Assembly: GCA_021778035.1 (NCBI GenBank)
Contig: JAJYCY010000008.1
Span: 612 to 64,611 of the forward strand
Length of the DNA: 64,000 nt
Reading direction: 5' to 3'
Source: Pseudomonadota bacterium
Lineage (GTDB): Bacteria; Pseudomonadota; Gammaproteobacteria; Acidiferrobacterales; UBA6901
The notes under the pieces are model-generated. The model saw only the letters and a program-made list of their open reading frames with translations. It had not been told where the DNA came from and did no database searches. Position numbers and translations under genes: made by a program. Below are positions 28,386 through 39,809 of the stretch, in pieces. Position 1 is the stretch's first letter; each line of letters opens with the position of its first letter.

Positions 28386-31271
28386 ATGGATGACTCCCAT
28401 GAGAACCCCGGTTTCAGAGACTGGCTGATGACCTCGGCGCTGGCCAGCGCCAATGCGCCCTACCTCGAGGAACTGTACGACGCTTTTCTCCGCGGTTCCG
28501 AGTCCGTTGATCCTGTCTGGCGGCAGTTTTTCGAGAACCTTCCCCGCATCAACGGTGCGGAGGTGGATATGCCCCATGCCGCCATCCGCGAACACTTCCG
28601 TGGCCCGACGCGCGGGCAGCCACTGGCGCCTGCCCTGCCGGCCGCACCGGTGCTGCCGGCAGACTACCGGGAAAAGCAGGTCCGGGTGCTGCAGCTTATC
28701 AATGCGTACCGGTTCCGCGGCCACCAGTGTGCCAGGCTGGATCCGCTGGAGATGACGCCGATGCCGGATGTGCCCGAGCTTTACCCGGCACACCACGGTC
28801 TCACCGAAGCAGACATGGAGACCGAATTCGATACCGGCTCGCTCGTCGGGCCGGGCAAGGCGCGCCTGCGGGACATCCTGGACGTTTTGCAGCGCACCTA
28901 TTGCCGCGCCGTCGGTGCCGAGTACATGTACATCACCGACACGGCCGAGAAGCGCTGGATCCAGCATCGTCTGGAAAGCGCGCAGGGTGCTGTCACATTT
29001 TCGGGAGAGGTCAGACAGCGCCTGTTCGACCGTGTTACCGCGGCGGAGGGGCTGGAGCATTTCCTGCACACCAAGTACGTGGGTCAGAAGCGTTTCTCGC
29101 TCGAGGGGGCCGAGAGCCTGATTCCGCTGCTCGATGGTCTGGTGCAGCGCGGTGGAGGTCACGGTATCAGGGAAATCGTCATTGGCATGGCGCACCGCGG
29201 CCGGCTCAACGTGCTGGTCAACATCATGGGCAAGACCCCGGCGGAGCTGTTTGAGGAATTCGAGGGCAGGGCGCACGGAAACGTCGATCGTTCGGGTGAC
29301 GTGAAGTACCATCTCGGTTTTTCATCCAACATCAGTACTCCGGCCGGCCCCGTGCATCTGGCGCTGGCGTTCAACCCCTCCCACCTCGAGATCGTGGATC
29401 CGGTGGTCGAGGGTTCCGTGCGTGCGCGGCAGGACCGGCGTAACGACCATGACGGTACACAGGTGGTGCCGATACTTATCCACGGCGACGCGGCCTTTTC
29501 CGGGCAGGGCGTGGTCATGGAGACCTTCAATATGTCCCAGTCGCGGAGCTTTACCACGCGTGGCACGGTCCACATCGTGGTGAACAACCAGATCGGATTC
29601 ACGACGAGTGCGAGACGGGATGCACGGTCGACGTGGTACAGCACCGATGTGGCGAAAATGGTCGGCGCCCCGATATTCCACGTTAATGGCGATGACCCGG
29701 AGGCGGTCCTGTTTGTCGGCCAGATCGCGCTTGATTACCGCATGACGTTCCGCAAGGATGTGGTGATCGACATCGTATGCTACCGCCGCCACGGCCACAG
29801 CGAGGCGGACGAGCCATCTGTAACCCAGCCGCTGATGTACAGAAAGATCAGGGAGATGCCATCGACGCGTGCGCTTTACGCCCGCAGGCTCGTGGATGAA
29901 GGGTTCATGGGGCCGGACCTGCCGCAGCAGAGCGCCGAATCGTACCGCGTAGCGCTCGAATCGGGGGCGCGCGTCACCCTGGATTTCATTCCCGACGAGG
30001 AAGCCCGTTATCCGTATGCCTCGAACTGGAAGCCCTTTATCGGCCAGGGGTGCCAGTCCGGAGCCGATACGGGGGTAGCCATGCAGATGTTGCGGGACTT
30101 GTCGTCGCGCCTGGGAAAGATTCCGGATGGATTCGAGCTGCATCCGAACGTCATGAAGATTTACGACAACCGTCGCAGGATGGCCGCCGGTGCTATGCCT
30201 GTCGACTGGGGCTATGCGGAAACCCTCGCCTATGCAACGCTGCTTGTGCAGGGCCACAGCGTGCGGCTGTCCGGCCAGGACAGCGCCCGCGGCACTTTTT
30301 TTCATCGGCATGCAGCGGTTTACAGCGTCCGGGACGGCAGCGCTTATGTTCCGCTGGCTCACCTGGAGGGTGGGACATCGTTTGCAGTCATCAATTCCCC
30401 GCTGTCGGAAGAGGCGGTGCTCGCATTCGAGTACGGATATGCGACCACTGACCCCGAAACACTGGTCATCTGGGAAGCGCAGTTCGGTGATTTCGTCAAT
30501 AACGCCCAGGTGGTGGTCGACCAGTTCATCAGCGGCGGCGAGCAGAAATGGGGAAGATTGTGTGGCCTGACCCTGTTTTTGCCGCACGGCTACGAGGGTC
30601 AGGGTCCGGAGCACTCTTCGGGCCGTCCGGAGCGGTACCTGCAGCTGGCGGCGCAGCAGAATCTGCAGATTTGCATTCCGACGACTCCCGGGCAGATGTT
30701 CCACCTGCTGCGCCGCCAGATGCTGCAGGCCTGCCGCAAGCCGCTGATCGTGATGACGCCGAAGAGCCTGCTGCGCCACCGGCTGGCGACGAGTTCTATC
30801 GACGAGCTGTGCACCGGCAGCTTCCGTACCGTGCTTCCGGAATCCGACCCGCTTGTGCCTGCCGAGGTGCGCCGTGTGGTGCTGTGCAGCGGCAAGGTAT
30901 ATTACGATCTGCTGGAGAGGCGGCGCGAGCAGAAGCGTGGCGATACGGCGATCCTGCGCATGGAACAGCTTTATCCGTTTCCGGAAGAGAGACTGAAAGA
31001 GGAGCTTGCGCGCTATTCCGGCGCCAGCACCGTCGTCTGGTGCCAGGAGGAGCCCCGCAACCAGGGCGCCTGGTATGCCAGCCAGCACCATGTGCGCAAC
31101 GTGATGCCACCGCACATGCAGCTGGAATATGCCGGCCGCGCGGCATCCGCCGCGCCGGCCGCGGGTTATCCGCAGCTGCATATGCAGCAGCAGCGTGCGC
31201 TGGTGGCCGAGGCGCTGGGGGACGGAACGCAGACCGGCCGCCTGTCCGGGGGTGGTGCGCCAGCGGTCTGA
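28386..31271 (+). CDS. sucA: 2-oxoglutarate dehydrogenase E1 component
   Basis: Trimmed to ATG 28386 ([35 protein letters not shown]). Typical E1o sequence throughout, e.g. [12 protein letters not shown] and [15 protein letters not shown]. Confidence 0.95.
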   Translation: MDDSHENPGFRDWLMTSALASANAPYLEELYDAFLRGSESVDPVWRQFFENLPRINGAEVDMPHAAIREHFRGPTRGQPLAPALPAAPVLPADYREKQVRVLQLINAYRFRGHQCARLDPLEMTPMPDVPELYPAHHGLTEADMETEFDTGSLVGPGKARLRDILDVLQRTYCRAVGAEYMYITDTAEKRWIQHRLESAQGAVTFSGEVRQRLFDRVTAAEGLEHFLHTKYVGQKRFSLEGAESLIPLLDGLVQRGGGHGIREIVIGMAHRGRLNVLVNIMGKTPAELFEEFEGRAHGNVDRSGDVKYHLGFSSNISTPAGPVHLALAFNPSHLEIVDPVVEGSVRARQDRRNDHDGTQVVPILIHGDAAFSGQGVVMETFNMSQSRSFTTRGTVHIVVNNQIGFTTSARRDARSTWYSTDVAKMVGAPIFHVNGDDPEAVLFVGQIALDYRMTFRKDVVIDIVCYRRHGHSEADEPSVTQPLMYRKIREMPSTRALYARRLVDEGFMGPDLPQQSAESYRVALESGARVTLDFIPDEEARYPYASNWKPFIGQGCQSGADTGVAMQMLRDLSSRLGKIPDGFELHPNVMKIYDNRRRMAAGAMPVDWGYAETLAYATLLVQGHSVRLSGQDSARGTFFHRHAAVYSVRDGSAYVPLAHLEGGTSFAVINSPLSEEAVLAFEYGYATTDPETLVIWEAQFGDFVNNAQVVVDQFISGGEQKWGRLCGLTLFLPHGYEGQGPEHSSGRPERYLQLAAQQNLQICIPTTPGQMFHLLRRQMLQACRKPLIVMTPKSLLRHRLATSSIDELCTGSFRTVLPESDPLVPAEVRRVVLCSGKVYYDLLERRREQKRGDTAILRMEQLYPFPEERLKEELARYSGASTVVWCQEEPRNQGAWYASQHHVRNVMPPHMQLEYAGRAASAAPAAGYPQLHMQQQRALVAEALGDGTQTGRLSGGGAPAV

Positions 31272-31302
31272 CGGGCAGGCGGAGGCGAAGGAGGAGCACA
31301 TC

Positions 31303-32505
31303 ATGCCGATAGACGTACAGGTACCCGATTTTCCTGAGTCCGTTGCAGACGGTACGATCGTAAGCTGGCGCAAGCATCCGGGCGATCCGGTAGCGCGATC
31401 CGAGATCCTTGCGGACATAGAGACCGACAAGGTCGTATTTGAAATCCCGGCGCCGGCCGACGGAGTGCTGCAGGAGATTCTCCAGAACGAGGGCGCAACG
31501 GTGGCGGCTCGGCAGGTCATCGCCCGTCTTGAGGCGCTGCCGGCCGGTTCTGGCAGACCGGCGTTGCTGGCTGCACGTCCTGCCATCCGGACCGCAGACA
31601 CCGCGCGCGCACCGGCATCACAGGCCGTCCTCAGTCCATCGGCCCAGAAACTGGTTGCTGACCACGGGCTTGAGCAGGAGCAGATATCCGGGACCGGCAG
31701 GGGCGGACGCGTGCTGAAGGAAGATGTGCTGCGCTTCATGGATGGACGCGGGACCGTGCCGGCAGCCGAAGCACCGGAACCGGCTGGAACCGGAGATGAA
31801 GGTGCCCGCCCGGAAAAGCGCGTGACCATGACCCGGCTGCGCGCGCGCATCGCGGAACGGCTGGTTGCCGCGCAGCACACCGCGGCCATCCTGACAACCT
31901 TCAATGAAGTCAACATGCGCCCGGTGATGGATCTGCGGCAGCGCTACCGCGAGCGTTTCGAGAAGGAGCACGGAGTACGGCTCGGTTACATGTCGTTCTT
32001 CGTGAAGGCCGCAGTCGAGGCGCTCAGGCGGTTTCCCGAGATCAACGCCTCGCTGGACGGTAATGACATTGTCTATCACGGCTACTACGACATCGGCATT
32101 GCCGTCAGTTCTCCGCGCGGTCTCGTGGTTCCGATCCTGCGCGACGCCGACCGGCTCGGCATGGCGGGAGTGGAGTCACAGATCGCGGCGCTTGGACGCA
32201 AATCCCAGGACGGCACGCTCAGCATGGAGGAGATCACGGGAGGGACGTTCACGATAACGAATGGCGGTGTTTTCGGATCGCTGCTTTCCACGCCGATCCT
32301 GAATCCGCCCCAGTGCGCCATTCTCGGCATGCACAAGATCGAGGATCGCCCGGTGGCGGAGAACGGCCAGGTGGTGATCCGGCCCATGATGTACGTGGCG
32401 CTGTCGTACGATCACCGCATCATCGACGGCCGCGAGGCGGTGCAGTTTCTGGTCGCGGTCAAGGAAATGATCGAGGATCCGGCGCGGATTCTGCTCGAGG
32501 TCTAG
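31303..32505 (+). CDS. sucB: Dihydrolipoyllysine-residue succinyltransferase (E2o)
   Basis: Trimmed to ATG 31303 with SD AAGGAGGAG. Lipoyl domain [17 protein letters not shown]. Catalytic motif SYDHRIIDG. Confidence 0.95.
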   Translation: MPIDVQVPDFPESVADGTIVSWRKHPGDPVARSEILADIETDKVVFEIPAPADGVLQEILQNEGATVAARQVIARLEALPAGSGRPALLAARPAIRTADTARAPASQAVLSPSAQKLVADHGLEQEQISGTGRGGRVLKEDVLRFMDGRGTVPAAEAPEPAGTGDEGARPEKRVTMTRLRARIAERLVAAQHTAAILTTFNEVNMRPVMDLRQRYRERFEKEHGVRLGYMSFFVKAAVEALRRFPEINASLDGNDIVYHGYYDIGIAVSSPRGLVVPILRDADRLGMAGVESQIAALGRKSQDGTLSMEEITGGTFTITNGGVFGSLLSTPILNPPQCAILGMHKIEDRPVAENGQVVIRPMMYVALSYDHRIIDGREAVQFLVAVKEMIEDPARILLEV

Positions 32506-32569
32506 CACGGGCCGTGCCGGCGGCGATGCGGGAGTGGCCAATACGGAATCGGACAAGGGGGTTCGGCCC

Positions 32570-34012
32570 ATGACAAGACATTTCGACGTGGCCGTGATCG
32601 GGGGTGGACCCGCAGGGTATGTCGCGGCCATCCGCTGCGCCCAGCTTGGAATGAACACCGCCTGCATAGATGAATGGCGCGACCGCGAGGGCCAGCCGGT
32701 TCTCGGTGGTACCTGCCTCAACAGCGGCTGTATTCCTTCCAAGGCGCTGCTTGATTCCTCCGAGCTGTACGAACAGGCAAAGAGCCGGTTTGCCCTGCAT
32801 GGCGTCCGCTGCGGCGATGTTGTTCTGGACCTGCGGACAATGATGGACCGCAAGGACCGGGTTGTCGCCAGTCTGGGGCAAGGCATTGCCAGCCTTTTCA
32901 GGGCGCACCGGATCACCTGGCTGCCGGGGCACGGGAAGCTGCTGCCGCAGAAGACCATCGAGGTGCGGGAGACGGGCGGTGGGCCGGTGACCGCAATGAT
33001 CGAGGCCAGCAGCATCATCCTGGCGCCAGGCTCGGTGCCGGTGGAACTCGGTGCGGCGCCGCTTCAGGGCGATCTGATCGTGGACTCCTCGGGCGCGTTG
33101 CGGTTTGCGGAAGTGCCACCCCGCGTGGGGATCATCGGTGCCGGTGTGATCGGACTGGAGCTCGGCAGCGTATGGCGGCGTCTGGGGTCGCAGGTTGTAT
33201 TGCTCGAGGCGCAGACGGAATTTCTGACAATGGCTGATGCGCAGATTGCCGCGGAGGCCCTGCGCGCGTTTACCGCGCAGGGCCTCGACATCCGGCTGGG
33301 CGCACGTGTACTCGGGTGCCGGGTGAGGGAAAACCAGGTCGAACTGTCGTATCAGGACCGCACCGGAGACCACAGTGAGACCGTCGACAGGCTTATCGTG
33401 GCGGTGGGACGCAGGCCGAACACCCGCGGCCTGTTCGCCCCGGAAAGCGAGCTGTTGCTCGACGAATGGGGAGAAATCCATGTTGACGAGCATTGCCTGA
33501 CGAATATCCCCGGCGTCTATGCCGTCGGCGATGTCGTTCGCGGACCAATGCTGGCGCACAAGGGTTCGGAGGAAGGGATCATGGTCGCCGAGCGCATTGC
33601 GGGCCAGCAGAGCAGCGTGAATTACGCGACCGTACCGTCGGTCATCTATACCCTGCCCGAAATCGCATGGGTGGGGAAAAGCGAGGCGGCGCTGCGTGCG
33701 GAAGGGAAGGAGTGCAAGGTGGGCATTTTCCCGTTCGCGGCCAATGCCCGTGCGCTTACCCTGGGTGAAACCGCGGGGATGGTCAAGATGGTTGCCGATG
33801 CAGCGACCGACAGGCTGCTCGCCGTGCACATGCTCGGACCGCATTGCTCGGAGCTCGTGGCGCAGGCAGCCATAGCCATGCAGTTTGCGGCGAGCAGCGA
33901 AGATCTGGCCATGACGATGTTTGCTCACCCGGCGCTGTCGGAGGCGCTGCACGAGGCAGCCCTTGCTGTGGACGGCAGGCCGATCCATATCGCGCGTACC
34001 CGCCGCACCTGA
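32570..34012 (+). CDS. lpdA: Dihydrolipoyl dehydrogenase (E3)
   Basis: Trimmed to ATG 32570 (MTRHFDVAVIGGGPAGY). Redox disulfide GGTCLNSGCIPSK. Confidence 0.95.
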   Translation: MTRHFDVAVIGGGPAGYVAAIRCAQLGMNTACIDEWRDREGQPVLGGTCLNSGCIPSKALLDSSELYEQAKSRFALHGVRCGDVVLDLRTMMDRKDRVVASLGQGIASLFRAHRITWLPGHGKLLPQKTIEVRETGGGPVTAMIEASSIILAPGSVPVELGAAPLQGDLIVDSSGALRFAEVPPRVGIIGAGVIGLELGSVWRRLGSQVVLLEAQTEFLTMADAQIAAEALRAFTAQGLDIRLGARVLGCRVRENQVELSYQDRTGDHSETVDRLIVAVGRRPNTRGLFAPESELLLDEWGEIHVDEHCLTNIPGVYAVGDVVRGPMLAHKGSEEGIMVAERIAGQQSSVNYATVPSVIYTLPEIAWVGKSEAALRAEGKECKVGIFPFAANARALTLGETAGMVKMVADAATDRLLAVHMLGPHCSELVAQAAIAMQFAASSEDLAMTMFAHPALSEALHEAALAVDGRPIHIARTRRT

Positions 34013-34104
34013 TCATTGCTGCTGCCGCTCGCTGCCAGGACATCCACGGCGGCAGTGGGGTAGAATGACGCCCTGTACGTCCAATCACCCGCGGTCGAAC
34101 CGGT

Positions 34105-35271
34105 ATGAATCTGCACGAATTTCAGGCAAAAGAACTGCTCGCCGGTTATGGCATTGCCGTGCCCGAACACCGGGTCGTAGACAGCGCAGCAGCAGCGCGT
34201 GCCGCTATTGCGGAGCTCGGCGGCAGCCGCTGGGTAATCAAGGCGCAGGTGCACGCCGGAGGCCGCGGCAAGGCCGGTGGCGTGAAGATCGTTTCCGACC
34301 CGGAGGACGCCCTCGCGGCTGTAGCCGCAATGCTGGGTACGCGTCTTGTGACAGCCCAGACCGGACGTCGCGGACAACCGGTGAGCCAGGTGCTGATCGA
34401 GACCGCATCGGACATTGCCCGCGAGCTTTATGCGGGCGTTGTGGTAGACCGGTCGCGCCGGCGTGTTGTGGTCATGGTTTCGACGGAAGGTGGCGTGGAA
34501 ATCGAGAAAGTGGCTCACGACACACCCGAAAAGATTCTGCAGGCGGTCGTGCATCCACTGGTCGGATTGCAGCCTTTCCAGTGCCGTGGGCTCGGATTTG
34601 CGCTTGGACTGGATGCTGCCCAGCTGCCGCAGTTCACCCGCATCCTGACCGGCATGACGCGGCTGTTCGTCGACAGGGATCTCAGTCTGCTCGAGGTCAA
34701 TCCCCTGGTTGTGGCGCGGGACGGCAGCCTCCTGTGTCTGGATGCCAAGGCAAATGTGGATGACAGCGCGCTTTACCGCCAGCCAGCGCTTGAAGCGTTG
34801 CGCGATACGAGCCAGGAGGACGAGCGCGAGATGCGAGCCCGCAAGTGGGACCTGAACTACATCGCGCTCGACGGCAATATCGGCTGCATGGTGAATGGCG
34901 CCGGACTGGCCATGGCTACCATGGATTTGATCAAGCTGCACGGCGGCAGTCCGGCCAACTTCCTTGACGTGGGCGGGTCCACGACGCGGGAGCGCGTCGC
35001 GGAGGCCTTCAAGATCATTCTGGCGGATGCGAGTGTGCGTGGGGTGCTGGTCAACATATTCGGCGGAATCGTGCGCTGCGACATGATTGCCGAGGGCATT
35101 GTCGGTGCGGTTTCCGAGGTGGGAATCAGCGTGCCGGTAGTGGTTCGGCTGGCGGGTAACCGCGCCGACCTCGGGCGGGAGATCCTCGGAAAGAGTGGAC
35201 TGCGGTTGACCGCGGCGGCCGGGTTGTCGGAAGCCGCGCATGAAATCGTCTCGCTGGTGGCGGCGGCATGA
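34105..35271 (+). CDS. sucC: Succinyl-CoA synthetase beta subunit
   Basis: [20 protein letters not shown]..., ATP-grasp domain. The stop overlaps the sucD start (ATGA at 35268-35271). Confidence 0.95.
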   Translation: MNLHEFQAKELLAGYGIAVPEHRVVDSAAAARAAIAELGGSRWVIKAQVHAGGRGKAGGVKIVSDPEDALAAVAAMLGTRLVTAQTGRRGQPVSQVLIETASDIARELYAGVVVDRSRRRVVVMVSTEGGVEIEKVAHDTPEKILQAVVHPLVGLQPFQCRGLGFALGLDAAQLPQFTRILTGMTRLFVDRDLSLLEVNPLVVARDGSLLCLDAKANVDDSALYRQPALEALRDTSQEDEREMRARKWDLNYIALDGNIGCMVNGAGLAMATMDLIKLHGGSPANFLDVGGSTTRERVAEAFKIILADASVRGVLVNIFGGIVRCDMIAEGIVGAVSEVGISVPVVVRLAGNRADLGREILGKSGLRLTAAAGLSEAAHEIVSLVAAA

Positions 35272-36152
35272 GCGTACTGGTCAACAGGGACACAAGGGTG
35301 ATCTGCCAGGGTTTTACCGGGAAGCAGGGCACATTCCATTCGGAGCAGGCGATCGCCTACGGTACACGCATGGTTGGAGGGGTGACGCCCGGCAAAGGCG
35401 GCGGCACCCATCTGGGGCTGCCGGTTTTCAATACCGTCAGGGATGCGGTGGCCAGCACGGGCGTGGATGCCAGCGTGATCTATGTGCCGGCTGCATTCTG
35501 CAAGGATGCCATCATCGAGGCGGCCGACGCCGGTATTGCGCTGATCGTGTGTATCACGGAGGGCGTGCCGGTGCGGGACATGATCGAGGCGCGCATCGTG
35601 GTACGGGAGACCGGCGCGCGGCTGATCGGACCGAACTGTCCTGGCATCATCACGCCCGGAGAGTGCAAGATCGGCATTATGCCGGGATCGATCCACCTGC
35701 CCGGCAAGGTGGGCATTGTTTCGCGGTCGGGAACGCTTACTTACGAAGCCGTGCAGCAGACAACGGACCTCGGCCTCGGCCAGAGCACCTGCATAGGCAT
35801 CGGCGGGGACCCTGTTCCCGGTACCGGATTTATCGAATGCCTGGAGCTTTTCCAGCATGATCCGCAGACTGAAGCGATCCTGATGGTGGGCGAGATCGGC
35901 GGTAGTGCCGAGGAAGAGGCGGCTGCCTATATCGCTGCCAGCGTGTCGAAGCCGGTTGCTGCCTATATCGCCGGCGTGACTGCTCCGGCCGGACGGCGGA
36001 TGGGTCATGCGGGGGCAGTCATCAGCGGCGGACACGGTACCGCGTCAGAAAAATACTCCGCGCTGGAGCAGGCCGGGGTCGTCACGGCCCGTTCTCCGGC
36101 GGAGATGGGCAATGCACTTCTTGCGGCACTGGCGGCGACCCGCGGCTCCTGA
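35268..36152 (+). CDS. sucD: Succinyl-CoA synthetase alpha subunit
   Basis: [24 protein letters not shown], and phosphohistidine loop [11 protein letters not shown]. Confidence 0.95.
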   Translation: MSVLVNRDTRVICQGFTGKQGTFHSEQAIAYGTRMVGGVTPGKGGGTHLGLPVFNTVRDAVASTGVDASVIYVPAAFCKDAIIEAADAGIALIVCITEGVPVRDMIEARIVVRETGARLIGPNCPGIITPGECKIGIMPGSIHLPGKVGIVSRSGTLTYEAVQQTTDLGLGQSTCIGIGGDPVPGTGFIECLELFQHDPQTEAILMVGEIGGSAEEEAAAYIAASVSKPVAAYIAGVTAPAGRRMGHAGAVISGGHGTASEKYSALEQAGVVTARSPAEMGNALLAALAATRGS

Positions 36153-36219
36153 CGCCGGAGCGGGCGCGCGCCGTCCTGCGGCGGCAGGCGCAGGCCGCGC
36201 CGTGTCCTGAGGTCGCCCC

Positions 36220-37215
36220 ATGCCGATCATCGAACAGGATTCATGGCGTACGCAGTACTTCGAGGGAGTCGACTGTCCGGACGACATCGTCATTCCGACC
36301 GATGACGAATATGCCTACCGGCTGTATCCGCACTTCCGCTGGATCTACAACAAGCTGCTCATCTGCGAGACGCAGAACCTGGAGCACGCGCCGCACGGGG
36401 TCGCTCCGCAGCGGTTTCCGGTATTCAGCAAGCCAGTGTACAACCTGCGTGGAATGGGCGTGGGCAGCCGCGTCATCGCCTCGCGCGAGGAATACGAACA
36501 CGTGCAGCAGCCTGGGCACATGTGGATGCCGTTGCTTGATGGCGAGCATGTAAGCAGCGACGTCGCACTCGTTGACGGCGAGCCGGTGTGGTGGCGCCAC
36601 GTGCTGGGGCAGGCGCTTGGCGATGGCGTGTTCGATTACTGGACTGTCCTTGCCGAACGCCGCCCCGGCATCGAGCTATACTGCGGCAACTGGCTGCGCC
36701 GTCACCTCCCAGGGTACAGCGGATGCGTCAATCTCGAGACCATCGGTGGAACGATCATCGAGGCCCACCTGCGGTTTGCTGACCAGTGGCCTGACCTCTA
36801 CGGCAACGGCTGGATCGAAGCGGTGGTCAGTCTGTACGCGCAGGGCGTTTGGAGTTTTGCCGGGCGCGGCTGCCGGACCGGCTACAGCGTAGTCCTGTCC
36901 GGACCGCCCGGCCTGACGCTTCCGCGGTTCGACCGCGGTGCGGTGCCTGGACTGCTTGCCGGTCCGGAAATCTCGAGTATCCAGATAACGTTTGATGAAG
37001 GCCGTCTGGCAGCCGGTCATGCCATGCCTCCCGGAGGTCCGCGGCTGGCGGTCGTGAACTGTTGGGATCTCGGCGCGGGCTTTGCCGTCCGTGAGCGGCT
37101 TGCCGAGATGATGGCCCTTCCGCCTTCGACCAGGAAAGGTACGCCGCTGTGCGCGCCTGGTGCGGATGCGGATCGTGGCCGTGTTCCTGGGTCCGCCGTA
37201 TCAGGGAGGGACTGA
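36220..37215 (+). CDS. Conserved hypothetical protein, possible ATP-grasp fold
   Basis: 331-aa ORF with GC3-rich codons and a GAGG SD 8 nt upstream. Segments FPVFSKPVYNLRGMGVGSRVI, GHMWMPLLDGEHVSSD and VNLETIGGTIIEAHLRF resemble ATP-grasp lysine/Gly-rich/Mg-site elements. The stop at 37213-37215 abuts the next gene's ATG at 37217. Confidence 0.55.
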   Translation: MPIIEQDSWRTQYFEGVDCPDDIVIPTDDEYAYRLYPHFRWIYNKLLICETQNLEHAPHGVAPQRFPVFSKPVYNLRGMGVGSRVIASREEYEHVQQPGHMWMPLLDGEHVSSDVALVDGEPVWWRHVLGQALGDGVFDYWTVLAERRPGIELYCGNWLRRHLPGYSGCVNLETIGGTIIEAHLRFADQWPDLYGNGWIEAVVSLYAQGVWSFAGRGCRTGYSVVLSGPPGLTLPRFDRGAVPGLLAGPEISSIQITFDEGRLAAGHAMPPGGPRLAVVNCWDLGAGFAVRERLAEMMALPPSTRKGTPLCAPGADADRGRVPGSAVSGRD

Positions 37216-37216
37216 C

Positions 37217-38275
37217 ATGCGCAGTACGCCGGACATGATGCGGGCCGTGGTCATCCCGAACCCTGGCGGACCCGAGATGCTGGTGGTGGGCCAGCGGCCG
37301 GTTCCGCAACCCGGGCCGGGAGAAGTGCTGATCAGGGTGGTGGCCGCCGGCGTGAACCGGCCTGACATCCTGCAGCGCCGGGGTGTCTATCCGCCCCCGG
37401 CGGGTGTGACCGATGTTCCGGGGCTAGAGGTCGCCGGCACCGTTGCATCAGTCGGGTCTGGTGGGGGTGCCTGGAGAGTCGGTGATCCGGTCTGTGCGCT
37501 CGTTTCCGGCGGCGGCTATGCGGAATACTGCGTGGCTCCTGCCGGGCAGTGTCTGCCGGTTCCACGCGGTGTCGATATGGTCGGTGCGGCATCTCTGCCC
37601 GAGACGTACTTCACGGTATGGAGCAACGTATTCGACCGGGCAGCCATCCGGCCCGGCGAAACCTTGCTCGTCCAAGGTGGCTCCAGCGGCATCGGGGTGT
37701 GTGCGATCCAGCTGGCGCGGGCATTCGGACACAGGGTTTTTGCGACTGCCGGCAGTCCGGAGAAGTGCCTTGCCTGCGAGAGCCTCGGCGCGGAGCGGTC
37801 GATCAATTACAGGACCGAGGATTTCGCCGTCGTGATCCGGGATCTTGCCGGCAGCCGCGGAGTGGATGTCATTCTCGACATGGTCGGTGGCGAGCATGTC
37901 GGCCGCGAACTGGACATACTTGCTGACGACGGTCGTCTGGTCTTCATCTCGTATCTGGGCGGGCGCTATGCCACGATCGACATTGACCAGCTGCTGCGGC
38001 GGCGGCTGGTGCTCACGGGGTCGGCATTGCGTGCGCGGCCGCAGGCATTTAAGGCTGCGATCGCACAGTCGCTTCGCGATCGGGTCTGGCCGCTGCTCGA
38101 GGCGCAACAGGTTCGTCCCGTAGTGCACGCGACATTTCCGCTGGAGCAGGCGTCGCGTGCCCATGTGCTGATGGAGGGCGGCACGCATATCGGCAAGATC
38201 GTGCTGCGTGTCATGGCGGGTCATGAACCCGAAGCGGGTAGCCGGCAGATGGCGTCGGTTCCGGAGCGGCATTGA
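37217..38275 (+). CDS. NAD(P)H:quinone oxidoreductase (medium-chain dehydrogenase/reductase, PIG3/Qor-like)
   Basis: Trimmed to ATG 37217 with SD GGGAGGG. GEVLIRVVAAGVNRPDILQRRGVYPPP; NAD(P) fold LVQGGSSGIGVCAIQLA. Confidence 0.85.
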   Translation: MRSTPDMMRAVVIPNPGGPEMLVVGQRPVPQPGPGEVLIRVVAAGVNRPDILQRRGVYPPPAGVTDVPGLEVAGTVASVGSGGGAWRVGDPVCALVSGGGYAEYCVAPAGQCLPVPRGVDMVGAASLPETYFTVWSNVFDRAAIRPGETLLVQGGSSGIGVCAIQLARAFGHRVFATAGSPEKCLACESLGAERSINYRTEDFAVVIRDLAGSRGVDVILDMVGGEHVGRELDILADDGRLVFISYLGGRYATIDIDQLLRRRLVLTGSALRARPQAFKAAIAQSLRDRVWPLLEAQQVRPVVHATFPLEQASRAHVLMEGGTHIGKIVLRVMAGHEPEAGSRQMASVPERH

Positions 38276-38292
38276 GAGTTCGAACGGCCAGG

Positions 38293-39048
38293 ATGACGGA
38301 TGGGGCGGGTCGTAGCGCCGAGCGGGCGCGCCTCGGCATCGCCGCGCTTGTGCTTGCGGCTGTCTCTGCGGTTGCCGCCGTGCTGTCGGGTTTCGGGCAC
38401 CGGTTGGGCTGGTGGTCGTTTTCCATCGGCTTTTCGGTTCTGGCCGGAGCTGCAGTCCTGGCCGTGATCGCCGGCATCCTGGGACTTACCACCCTGATGT
38501 GGACCGGTGCCACCGCAGGACGCAGTACCGTGATGGCCGCCGCCGCAGGTCTGGCGCTGAGTCTGCTGGTTGTCGCGGTGCCGCTTCACTGGCTCTACCT
38601 GGCGCGTGTATTTCCACCGATCCACGATATTACGACCGACACTGCGGATCCCCCGCAGTTTGTGGCGATCCTGCCGCTGCGCCGCGGCGCTCCCGATTCC
38701 GCCGTCTACGGGGGGCCGCGGGTAGCCGCTCTGCAGAAGCGCGCCTTTCCGGATATCCGGCCCGCGATCCTTCCGGTAGCGCCGGCCGACGCCTTCCGGG
38801 AGGCGCTGCGCGTGGCGCGCGACCTCGGGTGGCACGTCGTGGCGGCGGTGCCACAGGCCGGCCGTATCGAGGCCACCGACACCACCTTCTGGTTCGGATT
38901 TACCGACGATATCGTGATACGGGTACGCGCGGTGCCCGGGGGTGCGCGCGTCGACCTGCGCTCGGAATCGCGCGTCGGCGTCAGCGATCTGGGCACCAAT
39001 GCCCGACGCATCGAAGCGTTCCTGAAGGCGCTGCGGGCCCGTCCCTGA
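38293..39048 (+). CDS. DUF1499-family protein with N-terminal TM segments
   Basis: ATG 38293 is preferred to the TTG at 38272. Three hydrophobic helices, then ...ITTDTADPPQF...FGFTDDIVIRV...RSESRVGVSDLGTNARRIEAF. The family name is from memory. Confidence 0.7.
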   Translation: MTDGAGRSAERARLGIAALVLAAVSAVAAVLSGFGHRLGWWSFSIGFSVLAGAAVLAVIAGILGLTTLMWTGATAGRSTVMAAAAGLALSLLVVAVPLHWLYLARVFPPIHDITTDTADPPQFVAILPLRRGAPDSAVYGGPRVAALQKRAFPDIRPAILPVAPADAFREALRVARDLGWHVVAAVPQAGRIEATDTTFWFGFTDDIVIRVRAVPGGARVDLRSESRVGVSDLGTNARRIEAFLKALRARP

Positions 39049-39176
39049 GTGTCCGCGCCCGGGCCGCCGGTGTCACGGGCCACGTAAGACCTGTTCAAGC
39101 CCGGTTCCGCGGCACCGAAGGCTGGCACAATTTCTGCATGATTTGATAAGGCGCAACTGGCGCAAGGGGAGGGTTC

Positions 39177-39593
39177 ATGCAGAACGGTGATCCGGACTGC
39201 GTCGGACCGCTGCTGCGGCTCGGGTCGGTGGCAGTCGATGGCAATTATCTGTGTGATATCGGACCGACCGGGCTCGTGTTTGCCGCCCGGTCTCCGCTCG
39301 AGCCTGGTACCGCCATTTTGCTGCGTGTTCCGGATGTCCGGCCCGCTCTCGAGATCACTGGCCGGGTGCTCTGGTGCAGGCCGGACGGAAACCGTCATGT
39401 TGTGCGGGCCGGATTTGTGCGCAGACTTGATCCTTTCCGGGTACGGATGATCTGGCAGGTGTACTGCATTGAACGTTATCGGGAGTCAATGCGCGAACGT
39501 GAAGGGCGCGACCTGACCCGCGAGCAGGCTGCTGGCGAGTGGATCAGCCTGTACGCCAGCGGTTTCCGGAAAATCGAGGATTTTCCGGGCTGA
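39177..39593 (+). CDS. Small PilZ-like beta-barrel domain protein (tentative)
   Basis: 138 aa. DIGPTGLVFAARSPLEPGTAILLRV...EITGRVLWCR resembles the PilZ DxSxxG/beta-barrel core, but no RxxxR motif is visible. The helical C-terminus is ...LTREQAAGEWISLYASGF. Confidence 0.45.
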   Translation: MQNGDPDCVGPLLRLGSVAVDGNYLCDIGPTGLVFAARSPLEPGTAILLRVPDVRPALEITGRVLWCRPDGNRHVVRAGFVRRLDPFRVRMIWQVYCIERYRESMREREGRDLTREQAAGEWISLYASGFRKIEDFPG

Positions 39594-39719
39594 CAGCCAC
39601 CCGCCACCGGTGATGCCCGTCCGGCTTCCCGCCGTCCGCAGCAACCGCTTTCCATCAGCCGGATCCCGCCATCCGGACCCTGTTCCGGCATCAGGGCTTC
39701 GCCTGGCCGGCATCCAGTT

Positions 39720-39748
39720 TTGCCCCGGATCGGCACTGATTCTATACT
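39720..39748 (+). promoter_or_regulatory. Predicted sigma70-type promoter for the AAA+/VWA/orphan operon
   Basis: TTGCCC (39720-39725), a 17-nt spacer, then TATACT (39743-39748), about 60 nt upstream of ATG 39810. Confidence 0.4.
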
Positions 39749-39809
39749 GGACCAGTTTCGTAGGCCCGGCGGCATCTCGCGGGCACAGTCATGGAATCAC
39801 GGGGTAGGC

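Noticed and set aside
29322-31916. 864-aa minus-strand ORF
   Set aside because: It is antisense to sucA/sucB, which have unmistakable E1o/E2o sequences. The composition is low-complexity and Arg/Ala/Ser-rich.
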